Below are positions 1-13,173 of a stretch of 64,000 bases of DNA, piece after piece. How positions within the stretch are numbered: position 1 is the stretch's first letter; the number at the start of each line of letters is the position of its first letter. Position numbers and translations under genes: made by a program. The DNA comes from Geosiphon pyriformis uo1 (Eukaryota; Fungi; Glomeromycota): positions 101,015 through 165,014 of the forward strand of contig JAAOMT010000678.1 in the NCBI GenBank assembly GCA_016748015.1, read 5' to 3'. The notes under the pieces are model-generated. The model made no database searches, was not told where the DNA came from, and was given only the letters and a program-made list of their open reading frames with translations.

Positions 1-499
1 ATATGGCTCAACTGAATTAGAAGCTGCCATAGTCATTTGGGCTCTTAAATACTTTCAACAATACCTGAAAAATGGAAAAGAATTTGACATTATAACTGAC
101 AATATTGGCCTCAAATGGCTCAATAAAAATAAAAAAGAACAAAGTGCTAAACAGTCTTGATGAAATGATTTTTTAGCAGATTACAAATATATTATACAGA
201 AAACTACATACCAATATTGATAGCCTTTCAAAAATAAGACAAGATTAACACCACCAACAAATTCCACCACAACTTACCAACTTACCAACAAAATAAACAA
301 GCAACAAATAAATTTCAGAAATTACAACAACATCAAAAATTATTTGGAGACTCTTATTATGCCAGAAGATTAGTCTCCAAGTGAAAAACATTGTTTACAA
401 CATCAATCAAAACAATATTTTATACATCACAATAAAATTTATTACAAGAATCATAAAAACCCAAACCAATCACTCAAATTAGTACAAGAAAATAAAAAA

Positions 500-1550
500 G
501 AAACAATTCTATACAACATATACACTTGGAAAGAGATGGAACAATTCAAAGAACTTTTGAACAATATTTTTGGTCTCACATGTAAAAAAACATTCAACAA
601 TATGTAGAATCTTGTAATAGTTGTCAAAAAAGAAAAGAAACTCGCCCCACAGAACTTTTAAATCCAATCAAAGTTGAACAACCTTTTGACAGAGTTGGAA
701 TTAATTTAGTCGGATTATTACCTATCACAACTTAAGGAAATTGTTATATTGCAGTTGCAGTAGATTATCTTACCAAATGGCCTGAAGCTAAAGCCATTTA
801 AAGAGCAGATGCAAAATTCATAGCAAATTTCATCTATAAAGACATTATTTGTAGACATAGATGTCCAATTAAACTCTTATCTGATCAAGGAACACATTTT
901 GTAAATAACTTGATACAAAAAATTTGTGAACAATTTAATGTCAAAAGACTTTTATCATTACCCTATCACTTTCAAACAAATAGATTTGTAGAATGTTTCA
1001 ACAGAACATTATGTGAATTATTAGCCAAAGTCTCAACAGATTTTGAGCAGAAATGGGATATTTTTATTCCATCAGTATTACTAGTATACAGAACACTAAA
1101 ACAAGATACTATGAAACACACACCATTTGATTTGACTTATGGAAGAACAGCAATATTACCAATTAATTTTACAGTAGAAACATACTCTATGCAACCAATT
1201 AATGAAGAAAATTTTCAAGAAACACTCCAAAGAAGAGCCTACACTTTTCTTAGTACATTGGAAAGAAAAAGACACATAGCAGTTTCTCATATTAAACACT
1301 CTTAAGTCTTACAAAAAGAAAAACATGACAATAAACTGTCATCAGTTACCAATGAATTTAAAGTTGAAAATAAAGTTCTCTTACACAAAATTAAGACTGA
1401 AAAACAATGGAATGGAAAATTTGAACATAAATGAGATGGACCATTTTATATTTATGAAATTTTAGGCAATAGATCATACAAGTTAAGACTTGATGACAAA
1501 ATACTAGCAAAAGTTGCACATAGAGATAAATTGAAACACTATTATTTCAG
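500..1550 (+). pseudogene. Gypsy integrase (Zn-binding, rve core, C-terminal region), interrupted by stops
   Basis: Includes ORF 910-1305 (rve core end, WDIFIPSVLLVYRT..TPFDLTYGR). In-frame TAA/TGA codons fall where CAA/TGG would be expected. Confidence 0.9.
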
Positions 1551-1874
1551 AAACAATCCTGAATCATTAATTTCACAAATTAGTACACATTCCCCTTTAA
1601 TTAATCCTAAAGATATTCCCTGAAATTTAGAACCAATAATTATAATAAAACAACAATCAAACTTAAACACTTAATTTAACATTTTCACAAACTCTTTTAA
1701 AATACACAAAACATAAATCAAAAATAGTAAATAATTAGAAAAACATTCAAATCCAAAAACAAATAAAAATCTTATAACCAAAAATAATTTTCTTTATTCT
1801 TTTTTTTTTTTTTATTAGTTAGTCATTTTTATCATAATTATTCCTCAAAATATTCAACAAATATCCCAAAATTA

Positions 1875-2540
1875 ATGTTAACTTTGAAAACACTTTTTGA
1901 CTTATCCATAACAATTAATAAAAGTCAAATTAATTACATTCAGAAAGAAATCACAGCCCCAGTAGTAAATAATTCTCAGAATTATCACTCCTATAGAAGA
2001 AAAACAAAAGGTCACTCTGAAAATAAGTTATCAGAACTTTTGAAGCAAGCACTAAAAGAAAATCTTTTAATTGCTCTTATTGACATTCCACCAAATGCCA
2101 CAATTCAACAAAAACTTTTACTATTTCTTAATGAACAGAACAATAAACATATTCTTATATATAGATATTTTCATATTGAAAAAACACTTTATGAACGAAA
2201 ACTAGAACTTAAAACAACCAATATTACTCCTGAAGCTATACAAAAACAAATTCACAATGAATTCAAAACAGCAGCTGAATCAATAAACACTCACTATAAA
2301 CTTAGAGCAGCATTTAAACTTTATAATTTATTCAATACTTGTAAAAACATTCTACAAAATCCAATACTTCATCCAATAAAGATTCAACACATTGGAAAGC
2401 TCACAGTACTGAAATTTCAACAATTTTCAGACCAAATCACTTCAATTATCTTGGACCACTATCTTAATATCACAGATAGTGCTTGGACTTTGACAAAGCT
2501 CAGTCTTGAGGAGGAGATTATGTTACCAGTAGAATTTTAG
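1875..2540 (+). CDS. Additional 221-aa ORF of the Gypsy element between integrase and 3' LTR; function unknown
   Basis: Open frame that runs through the PPT and 20 nt into the LTR. A decayed homologue lies on the minus strand at ~13170-13820. Confidence 0.55.
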   Translation: MLTLKTLFDLSITINKSQINYIQKEITAPVVNNSQNYHSYRRKTKGHSENKLSELLKQALKENLLIALIDIPPNATIQQKLLLFLNEQNNKHILIYRYFHIEKTLYERKLELKTTNITPEAIQKQIHNEFKTAAESINTHYKLRAAFKLYNLFNTCKNILQNPILHPIKIQHIGKLTVLKFQQFSDQITSIILDHYLNITDSAWTLTKLSLEEEIMLPVEF

Positions 2541-3147
2541 CTATTAATTAGCATGAAATTACCCTCATAATTCCTATTATTAATTAGCATATATTATTAT
2601 TATTTCGATTATCACTTATTATTTAATCAAATTATTAAATATTATTACTTAATCAATAATCCGATTTGTACTCTAGAAATTAAGATGATCAAATTACACA
2701 ATACCCTGAACCATTTAACATAGTCAAAATTCGCCGAAATTAATGAAAATTGGCCGAAATAATCAATAGTTCAGTAAAATAACTTGTAGTTTACCAAAAT
2801 ATATCTTTAGTTTACCCAAATTATAGCAAAAAAGAAAAGTGCAAGTTCAAAGACTAGTACTATAACAAGTTGTATAAAAGAAGAGCTTCTCTCATTAAGA
2901 AAATATATTCTCATAGTATCTTATCATAGTACTTTACTTTAGATATCTTAATTGAAACAAATCACCTTTTACACATTCAAATAAAAATTAAATATTCGAA
3001 AACCAAAATCCTTAAATTATTATACTTAAAATTCTCTTAACACAACTAACGTTTTGGAATTGATTAGCTACTAATTTCAGTAATCTGTTAGTGATTCTAG
3101 ACCTGAATAAAAAACGTTTTCCTTAACAGAATTCTATTTCTTTTACA
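2521..3147 (+). repeat. 3' LTR (~627 bp, TGTTA...TTACA)
   Basis: Follows the PPT, has TG..CA ends and an internal TATAAAAG, and is homologous to 12574-13173 in reverse. Confidence 0.85.
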
Positions 3148-6100
3148 TTTTTTTTCTTTTTCTTATTATAATCATTAGGGTAGTCTACAGACAAAATTCC
3201 TGTAGAAAAGTTGACTTTCACAGCAAAGTAACTACACATTTTTAGTAAGATTCTAGACAAGCAATTTCTGAGAAAAAGTTGATGTTTACTACAACATAAC
3301 TACATAAAATAACTGGCAAGGAATTGGCCATTCCACTTATAAGCCCAGTAATTCAAATTATAGGAGATAATTTAAAGATAAATTCAGTTATTGGAGATCT
3401 AACTACTTTCTGGAAACGTGAATTCACAGCAAATCAACATTAACAACATTCAAGAAAAAAGACCAAAAACCTCTGATAACAGCATGCTCAGAGACAATAC
3501 AGACTTAGAGAAAACTGCCATATTAGCAAAAAAACCCATTTACTTATTTTTGACAATGTCTGAATGTCTTTTGACTTTTCTCCACATGACCAACAGATTT
3601 TTTTTTAAAATAACTTGATGAATATGCTCTCTTTTGATCTAGCATTTGCAGTAAAAATTAGAAACACCCACATCAAACTTGCATATATTCAGTAATGCTT
3701 AACTGTCTATGAACAAAGTGACTGTGCTAAAGACAGATACACATTCTAATACTAAAGTGATAGCTTGCAGTTCCATCAGTATAAAGAACAGTAAGCCAAG
3801 AACTTTTACATCAATACTCGTCTTGGCTTTTAGAAAATAAGCTGCAGTGCCACTACAGACACCAATAGACCCCAAACCTTTAACAGAATTATTAGTATAA
3901 ACATCAATAGAACCATGTTTAGAAACAAACAAATGCTCAAAAATAAAACCAATATTACAAAAAAAGTCAGTGAGAACAAAATAAAACACCATAGTTACAC
4001 TATTGCCCAAACCACTATTTTTGACAAAATTACTAATAAAGACAAACTAGGTAGAAATTGGACCTCTGGGGTCAAGCTTCTTTCATCTACAAAAAGTGTT
4101 CCAAATAAAGCACATGTCATGATGATCTAAAAGTTGGTTGGCAAAAATGAGGCTATATTTCTTGAAAAAATTCCTCACATTTAGATAACTACTTAGGCTC
4201 AATATGTCTAAAATTAATACACCAGTCCCAGTCTAAAAAACATTAGGAAGAGCACCATCCAAGAAAGTGTTGCACAAAGTGAGAACATGTATAGCACTAG
4301 TTAAAAAACAATTCAAAAGATTAATAAATAATATGACTAGAAAACAGAAAAGATGCCAGGACATCCAGCTAGATGCTTGTAAATCTATTGCTTTGTGGTC
4401 AAAAAACCTGTCAAAAGTCTTATCAGCATTACTAAAATTGACCAGGTTGGCCATCAAACTTTCAGTAAGCATCTGCTCAAAAGACTTTAAGCCATATAAT
4501 TCAGGATAATGCAGTGTTACACTAGGAAAGTTTTTAGACAAATTTGCCTTGAACTTAAGCCTTTTTCTCAACAATTTGTCCTATTTCTTGCAAATACTTT
4601 TAGAGACAAAGCTAAATTGAAGTCTGTAATAAATGATAGACTGCAAAACAACAAAAACCAAATACAAAAATTGTTTCTTAGTGATGGTTTTTCTCAAAAC
4701 CACATTCAAAAAAAATTTGACATTGACATGAATTTTGGCTAGACTTAGCTTGAACAAGCCTTCAGTTGGAAAAAAATTCCCAAATAATGATAAGACTTGC
4801 CCTTTTCAACCACTGAAATTTTTGATCTATTAATGAACAGTTCAGCCTTCTGAATACTTTGGTTAATGAGGATAGCAACAGTTTTTTCAATATTTATTGA
4901 AATGTCATTAATGGAAAAAAACTTATTGACTATGTTCAAAATGTTTTGTATTGCTATTAAGCAGTTTCCAATCCAAATTGTGTTATCAACAAAGACACTT
5001 GTAACAAAAAATGAAGTTTTGTCACTGCTCAAGTCAAGCTTATCCAACTTAGTATAGAATCTTGAACATATTCTGTAGTCATACAATTGTTCATGTTTTT
5101 TGACTTTGCAGAGCAAAAGATCATAGAAAATTTACCATAACAGTAGTAAAAACACTTTCTTTTAATCTAGATCATTGTGCACAATATAACTATCGGATAG
5201 ACCAAAATTTGTCATAACTTGATTGAATTTATCATTGTGTATACTGCCAAAAAAGTTTATGAAGTGAGGACACATTTTGATCTTGACTAAACTATTAAAC
5301 AAATAAAACCATTTGACAGAATTATAGATCTTGTGCATATTCTAGAAAACCAACCATAACTCTTTGTTTTTCTCCAAAGCATCTTTGACAATTGAGCCAA
5401 CAGCAAAAATAAAGGATTGTGTGAAAGTATTCTTCAATACCAAAAAATTGTCATTACATAAAACATCAAACCTATTATAAGCCAAAGAAATCCTGTCTAA
5501 AAAGATCTTAGACAAGATTTTTTGTGCAGTCTCAATCAGTGCTATCAGCTTAGTATTGGTGAGAGTATCTTTCCAATTATACAGTTTAGAAATCATGGAA
5601 ACCCAGAACCCCTTTTATTGTATAAAAACCCTTCCAGATTTTAATTACCCATTGAAAATGCTCAAAAAACCATTGAAAATTAGAAAATTGCTATTTTTTC
5701 AGAGCTCATTGGGAATACCAGAAAGTCTAGCAGTCTTACTATCTGACAAGTCCCTGACAACCTGTAGAAGTTCATCTATACTAATGTCACACATAACCTC
5801 TGAGAATGTATTATTATTGATGTAATCTAAAGAATTATATTGATCAAGCCAATAACTTGACAAAGCACCAGAAACCAAGTATTTTTTCGTCTAATTTTCC
5901 ATTATAGTATCAACCAAAGACTTGACAGTCTGAAACTTCAAAATAAGCTCATCATCAACAATCAAATAATTGAGAACTATCTCTCTAAAAGACCTATCCA
6001 GAATGCTTTTTATTATTTTTACTTATCTGAACAAAAATTTTCCATGTATTTTGCCATGGCTATTCTGATGGAATCATCTTTGACAACTCTATATTTATAA

Positions 6101-9100
6101 TATTTGGACCTATAATAACCTTTTTTGACAACCAAAATGTAATGTAAAATATCCTCAACCCTAACATCTTTATTGATCATAATACAAATCTTGGATGCTT
6201 CTTTTTCAGTTATGCCTATCCAAGTACCAACAAAGCAGTCAGTTTCCAAACTCAGACCTGAATTTATACCATTGACAATCTTGGATATCAACAACTCTAA
6301 CCTATAAAATTTTAAAAATAACTTGTTTTTTGCACCATTGAATTCACTAAACCAGAATCTGGAGAAGATTTCATCAGCAGAATTAATTATCACTTCTTTA
6401 AGAATGTCCCATATGATATTCAAATTACCATTGTGTTTTGCATTATGAAATATAACTGACTTCTTCAAAAATTTGTTCAAAGAACATTCCATAAAATGTT
6501 TTCACTTATCAATATTTATGTCCTTCAGCTTGAACTTTCAGCAATTTCTATTAGTGTGTTTGCATATGCCTCCCAATTGAACATCCAAAAAACCACTCAA
6601 GTCTACTAAAACTGAGACAGTTTTGTGATCAGTGTCAAAAAACTTAGACACAGAGTCAACCTTGTAACTGGCTACAGCCAAAATCAGACTTCTACTAATA
6701 AAGATATGATCAATAACTTTCTTAATATTCCTTGAGTTGCTTCATATAAAAGCCCCAACCAAAGAATGTTTACCAAAAAAATTGACCAAACCCAGATTTA
6801 AACAGAATCCATAACTCACACTCTTTTTAGACCTGTTTTCATTGAAATTGCTGCCCAAAACAATAAAACTACTGGAATTGACCACTTAAGCTATAAAGAA
6901 ATTAATACCAAGTATCTGGCCAAATCAGTTACCAAAAGAAACACAAGTGTACAAACCAATAATTGAGACCAAAATCTTGTTCTTAAAAAGAAAACACACT
7001 GAAACAATGTGACCAGAAATCTTTTCTATCTTGAAAACATGTTGAGCCAAAGAATTGTTCATAATTATTATTATTTCAGTCCTAAGAAACTTATTATCCA
7101 GGCCAGATGTGAAAATACATACACCATCAAATTTGTTTATAATCCATAGTCTAATATTAAATTTTAATTTTGTTTCTGTAACAATAAACACTATATTTTC
7201 CAAATTTATGTACTACCAAACAACATCTTTCTGTTTGGCAGAAATATTGATACTCCAAACATTGCATATAGCAATTCTCTAAACCAGATCTATTATTGGA
7301 AAGAATAAAAAACAAGAACCAAACCAGCATTGTTACATTTAGCCAAAAGGCTCATAACAGTATTTAACAAATTGTTCAAAGTTTCTTCCATTTTTGAAAC
7401 AACCAAAGGATTAAAAACCACCACTCTTACAATAGTCTCACCACTAGTGACCACACTTGAACTCTTACTCATTACTATATTTGTCTCTTGATTTTGTGAT
7501 AAAGAGGTTATTAATGACTGACATCTAGGACTAGGCTGAAAAATCATCAGCCTAAATGTGTTCAATTTTTTAGCCAACTTGTCAACACATTTCATAAGAC
7601 TGGCAAGACTATGCTCAAGAGTGGCAAACTTATTGTTCAATTTTATAAACACTACCAGAACAGGTTTCAACTCCGAAAAAAACCCAGAAGCATTTAAGTT
7701 ATTATGCACAGAAAAAAAAGAAAATAAAGACCTACCAACAATCTTGGCCCAAGAGACACCTCTAAAAGAAACAGGAAGGGAAATAGGAGCAGAACATTTA
7801 GCATAAATAAATGCCAGCCTGTTTTTATTAGTCTCCAACAGTATTCTGTGAGATAAGCCACTAAGAGAAAATTTCTCACCTATAGAACAGCTCAAAGAGG
7901 TATGACCCAATTTCTCATACTTAGTATACTTAGCAGAATTCAGACAAGACCAATGCAAATAAGCACCTCTTAAGACAGATGTAATTTCCAAAACAGCATC
8001 CAGTGACTCAGCTGAATTAAAACAAACAACAGCACATCTGGTTCAGACATAAGAAACAGGATGTCAATCGATAACACATGTTTTTCCACTTATAAAATCA
8101 ATAAAATTTTAAATGTTATGTGTATTTATTCCAACAGGCAGAGTGTAAAGCAATACCTTATGACTGTTCCTAGCATTTTAAAATTCTTTGTTATTATCAG
8201 CTCTGGCCACATGCATGGCATCTTTCCTAATTAGAATAGATTATTTAGCTGTGACTAAATTAACATGATCTGATTGCTCAAATTCTATTACAGCCTTCTC
8301 TCATAGCCTTACCAATTGTATCTTGATTGACTTAACCACTCCAAATCTGAATAGTGCAACATATACAGCCTTAGCTGATATTCTAATTGGAATTTTTTTT
8401 ATTACCACAGCCTGATCTAAATGACTAGTAAATTTCTTGAGATTAGTGTTTACTAAAATATTTGCTGCTTTTGCCTTTTTGGTAGTCTGTATCAAACTAG
8501 ATTCAGAAGTGAAGAAAGCATAGATGATCTCTGAGAATTTTAAAGAAGTAGAGGCCTCCCAAAACTATTAACTTTAGAAAACAACTTCATGACTACCATG
8601 AGCTTTTCTTGAGAAAACTTTTCAGCAACTTTATCCAAGCTAATATCTATAGTAAAAAACTTTTGAACTAAAACATTAACCAGATTTTTTAATAGAGGAG
8701 AGAAAACCACAGGAGCATCCAAAAAAATATCATCATTATCAACACCATTTAAAAAATCAATCTTTTTTAATAGCATATCCAAAGTTTTTTTTGTCACTAA
8801 TCTTGGACTTTTTGGTGTTTGGTTGGAATTACTCTTATTAAACAGACTCCTCTCATTATAATTCACACTGGTTTCCTTTACAAGACACTTTTTCTTTATA
8901 TCAATACTATCAAATTTAGTGGTGTTACTAGTTTTAGACCTCTAAGAACTACCAACTAATTTTTCAGACAAGACTATTCTATAAACAGCACTATCTTTTA
9001 GAACACCAATTTTTTTTTTTCTAGAAGCTATGTCTATTTCACCACTACTAATACTAAAGCCTTTAACAAACTTTTTTATTACAGCAATACTACAGCCAAC

Positions 9101-9200
9101 AGTGGCTTCATAATCAAGCAAGAAGAGTTTGAATTTATCATACTGAATTGTAAAAACTTCTTTCAAAAAACTTATGACTCTTTTTTGTAAATTTGAAACA
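3148..9200 (-). mobile_element. Degenerate LINE (ORF1 with eroded CCHC knuckle; ORF2 APE endonuclease-RT-RNase H; 3' UTR and A-rich tail)
   Basis: APE motif IVFIVTETKL (6925-7203). RT-region IALIETAQKILSKI, SVFVDNTIW and YLGIF. RNase H VYTNNSVKGLG..MELQAITLVLECV..LFIDS (3699-4010). ORF1 knuckle KYEKLGHTSLSC. T-rich tail on the + strand at 3148-3170. Confidence 0.9.
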
Positions 9201-9499
9201 AAAAAGAAAAAGAAGTTTTTTAATTAATATTAAAATATTAATATTAATTTAAATATTTAGGATTTAAAATTATTTGACAATATTTTATTTTTAATATATT
9301 TAAATTTTTATTTTATAATAATAAAATATATAAAACAATAATAACTTAGATTTAACAAACAAAAAAATATTTTATAATATAATAATTATAAATAACAATT
9401 ATATTAGTAAAATTTAAAATATTATTAATATAAAATAAACATATATTAGGCTTTATTTTTTTAAATTATAACAAATATATAAAACACTATTACTACTAT

Positions 9500-12400
9500 T
9501 AAAAATATTAAATATTAATTTAAAGTAGCAATAATTGAATATAGAAAATACATGAAAAAACTTGAAAAGTTTATAAAAAGTAAAAAGAAAGATAAACTAT
9601 GTAAATTAAAGAAGAAATTAAGAGAAAAAAATAAACAGATATTAATAAAAAAGAGGCATAAACAGAAAAAAAAAAGAGTTGAATAAAAAGCAAATAATTT
9701 AAATATAAAAAAAATAAATAGAAAATATAGGTGCAAAAATTATAAAATATGTTAATTTAAACAAATAAAATAAATAATAACTTTATAACTTAGATATTAA
9801 AAAATAGTATAGAATAAAAAATTGTAAAAATTACTTTTTTATACTCTATATTTTTTTTAATATTGTTTATTACTTATTTTTTTGATAATATCTGTTATAA
9901 TCTTTTAATTTATTTTTTATTATTAGTTAGTTTTTTCTATACATACAAATATTGTTTAAATAATTTGCTTATTTTTTTTAATATTTTATATTAATTTTAT
10001 TAATCTTAATAATTATTAATTAAGATTCTAAATTGTTAAACAAATCAAAAACAAATTAATAAAGTATAAATTAAACTATTTTATTTTTAGAAAAACTATT
10101 AGAAAAAAAAAGAGAATACTTAATCGAATTTTTAAAAAATTAGATAATTTCAATAATAAATAAAATAATAAAATTATATTAATACAATTATAAGTATAAG
10201 AATACTATAAAAAGGTAGTAAAAATCTGGAATCTAGTTGTTAATTGTAACAATTGGTGTAATAACATAAAAGACAAAGTTTTTGTAATTACTATCTTATA
10301 TTTTCAAAATATTCAAATAACTATAATATTAAAAACAAGATTATAGATTTCACAAAATATTAGATATTTAAAAATAAACATAATTGGCAAAATATTTTAG
10401 TTAGAATATAATTAGACAATATTTTAGATATTTTACATATTTTTTTTATAATAATTCTAATTTAAACTAAGATTACATGTTAATTATTATTAATATCAGA
10501 AATTACAGGCTTTTTTATATATTTTATGATCTTAATATGGAAGATATAAGTGATAATTAAATTAAAAATATCTATTAAAACAAAAACATATTGCAAATTT
10601 TAAGACATATTTTTAAAATATTTTATAAAAATATGATTTTTCTTTATTTAACTTTTTAAATTATAGATTTTGAAATAGTTAATAAAGTATTTTTTATTAA
10701 ATTTTTCAATTATAAGAATAAGTTTTAATAACATAAAAATTAATATAATTTTGGATTTTAAGTTGAATACTATTATTTTTAAAATAATCATTATAAATTA
10801 TAAAAAAATTGCTATTAAGTTCTATAAAAGTAAGTTTTATCTATATTATAAAACAAAAATTTTGAAAAAACTTAAAAAAATTAACAATATATTAAAATTG
10901 CTTTATAAAAATTTAAATATTATAATACTTTATATTATTACAAATATAGTTAGGTTAAAAATTACCAAGATTAAAATACTAATTATTTGTAATATTGCTA
11001 TTAACATTTTTGAAATTCTCAAAAAATTATGCTGTATTTGTATTTTACAATCAAAACAATTATTCTGAAATTAAAAATAATTTAAAAATATTCTGTTATA
11101 TTATTGCTTTTATGTATAATTAGAACAAATATATTAAAGTATTGTTAATTGAAATTAACATAAAATTTATTATAAAAAAAACCTTTTATTTCTCTTTAAT
11201 AATTTTTTACAAGCATTTTAAAATTTTTTTTTGTTGTATTTACAATCTTAATTTTATTACAATCATAAATTATAAATTTTGGCAGAAAATATTTAAGCAT
11301 GCTGCTAATAATTTGGTTTTATTACTTAATTTATTCAAAAAATATGCTTTTTTAATGCTATCAAAAAATTTTAAATATAAGAGTAATAATTCTGAACTTG
11401 ACTTTTCAGTATATTAAGTTTATTATTGTTTTATAAATTTATAAATAATAATTATTATACTATTTTTAATACTTCATTAAATCTGTTTTAAAAGTTATTT
11501 TTGGAAATTAGATAATATTCAAAAAATTTAACATTTTTTTTTAGTTTCTAATTTTAGTATTATTAATTTTAAAAAATTTTTAATAATTTCTATTATAAGT
11601 TTAATTTATTTTGTTAAATTTATTTTAAGTATTAATAATACTATTTTTAGCTATATATTTATTGTATAATTATTTTTTATTAATTTTTGATTATAATACT
11701 GTTGTATTTTTTTATAGGTATATTATTAGTTTTCTTAAAATTAATAATTATAAAATACTTATATAAATATGTATTTTAATTAAAAATATTATTACAATAA
11801 ATTAAATAACTTAGTATAAGGCTTATATACTTAATTTTTTTATTTAAATCAAAATTTTATTGATTATATAAATTTTAATTTATTTATGTTACAGTTATAT
11901 AAAATAATTTATTTATATAAATATATTATTAATTTTTTTTATTAACTATAATAATTTTTATTTTAAATATGTTAATAAATTTTTATTATAACAATTTAAA
12001 AATAAATAATATAAAAAATATTTTTATGTAAATTAGAATCTAAATTTTAAATATTTGTATAAATTACTTATTTATTAATAATAACAATAATATTATTTTT
12101 AACTTTTATATTAAATTTATTTATAATTATTATTTTAAATTTTTAAAAACTTTAATTATTTTAAAAAAATAATACAATTATTAAAAAAGTTTTTTTTAAT
12201 TAATTTGAAAATATTTTGTTTTTTAAGCACTATTATTAGAAGTTTTTGGTCTTTTTTTTTAAATGTTGTTGTTGTTACTTTAATATGAATTTTTACTTAT
12301 TAGAAACTATTAAATCTTTAATAGCTGAATTTATTATCAAATTATCTCTTATAATTTAAACTATTAGACTTATAAATAAAATATTCAGTTTTATGCCAGT

Positions 12401-12573
12401 TACTTTGTGTAGTTATTTTATAGTAAAAGTCAACTCTTTTTTAAAAATTGCTTATTTAGAAGTTTACTAATAATGTGTAATTATTTTGCTGTGAAAATTA
12501 ACTCTTTTACAAAAATTTTATCTATAAACTATTCTAATATATATAATAAAAAATAAAATAAAAATAAAAAAAA
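9500..12573 (+). mobile_element. Extremely eroded retroelement-derived DNA ending in the same 3' UTR and A-tail as the LINE at 3148
   Basis: 12220-12573 aligns in reverse with 3148-3490. The upstream part is too AT-eroded to assign. Confidence 0.55.
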
Positions 12574-13173
12574 TGTAAAAGAAAAATTTTTGTTTAAGAA
12601 ATTGTTTTCTGTTTAGGCTTAGAATAATTAATAGATTATTAAAATTAGTAGCTAGTCAATTTTAAAACATTAATTGAGATTTAAAAAATTTCATATAATA
12701 ATTAATTACAATAAATTATGTTTTAAAATATTTAATGCTTTATTAATTTGTACTAAAAAACTTATTTTAAAGAAGATAATTCTAAAATATAATATATTTT
12801 TTCGAAAAAAAAAGCTTTTTTTTTATAAACTTGAACTTTTCTTTTTGCTATAATTTTGATAAATTAAAGATATATTTTGGCAAACTATAAATTATTTTTA
12901 CAAACTATTAGTTATTTTAGTAAACTGTTAAATTATTTTATGAAATTTTACAAATTTTAACAAATTCTTGAATATTATAAAGTTTAAAATATTGTATAAT
13001 CTAATCATTATTTTTGTGTATTTGTATAAATTTAGTTACTAATTAAATTTTTGATATTAATAAGTAATTAATTAATAAATATTAAATTGAATTAATAATA
13101 ATATATGTTAACTAATAATAAAAATTATAAAAATAATTTTATGTTAATTATTGACTAAATTCTATTGATAACA
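12574..13173 (-). repeat. 3' LTR of the second Gypsy copy (~600 bp)
   Basis: Ends tgtaaaa (12574) and taaca (13173); matches 2521-3147. Confidence 0.8.

Larger units (their letters stand above)
1..3147 (+). mobile_element. Ty3/Gypsy LTR retrotransposon, 3' part (RNase H end, integrase, extra ORF, PPT, 3' LTR); degenerate
   Basis: RNase H-like YGSTELEAAIVIWALKYFQQYL at the window start. Integrase motifs CNSCQK, PFDRVGINLVG, VAVDYLTKWPEA, LLSDQGTHF and PYHFQTNRFVECFNRTL. Many premature stops. Polypurine tract gaggaggaga lies just before TG at 2521. Confidence 0.92.
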
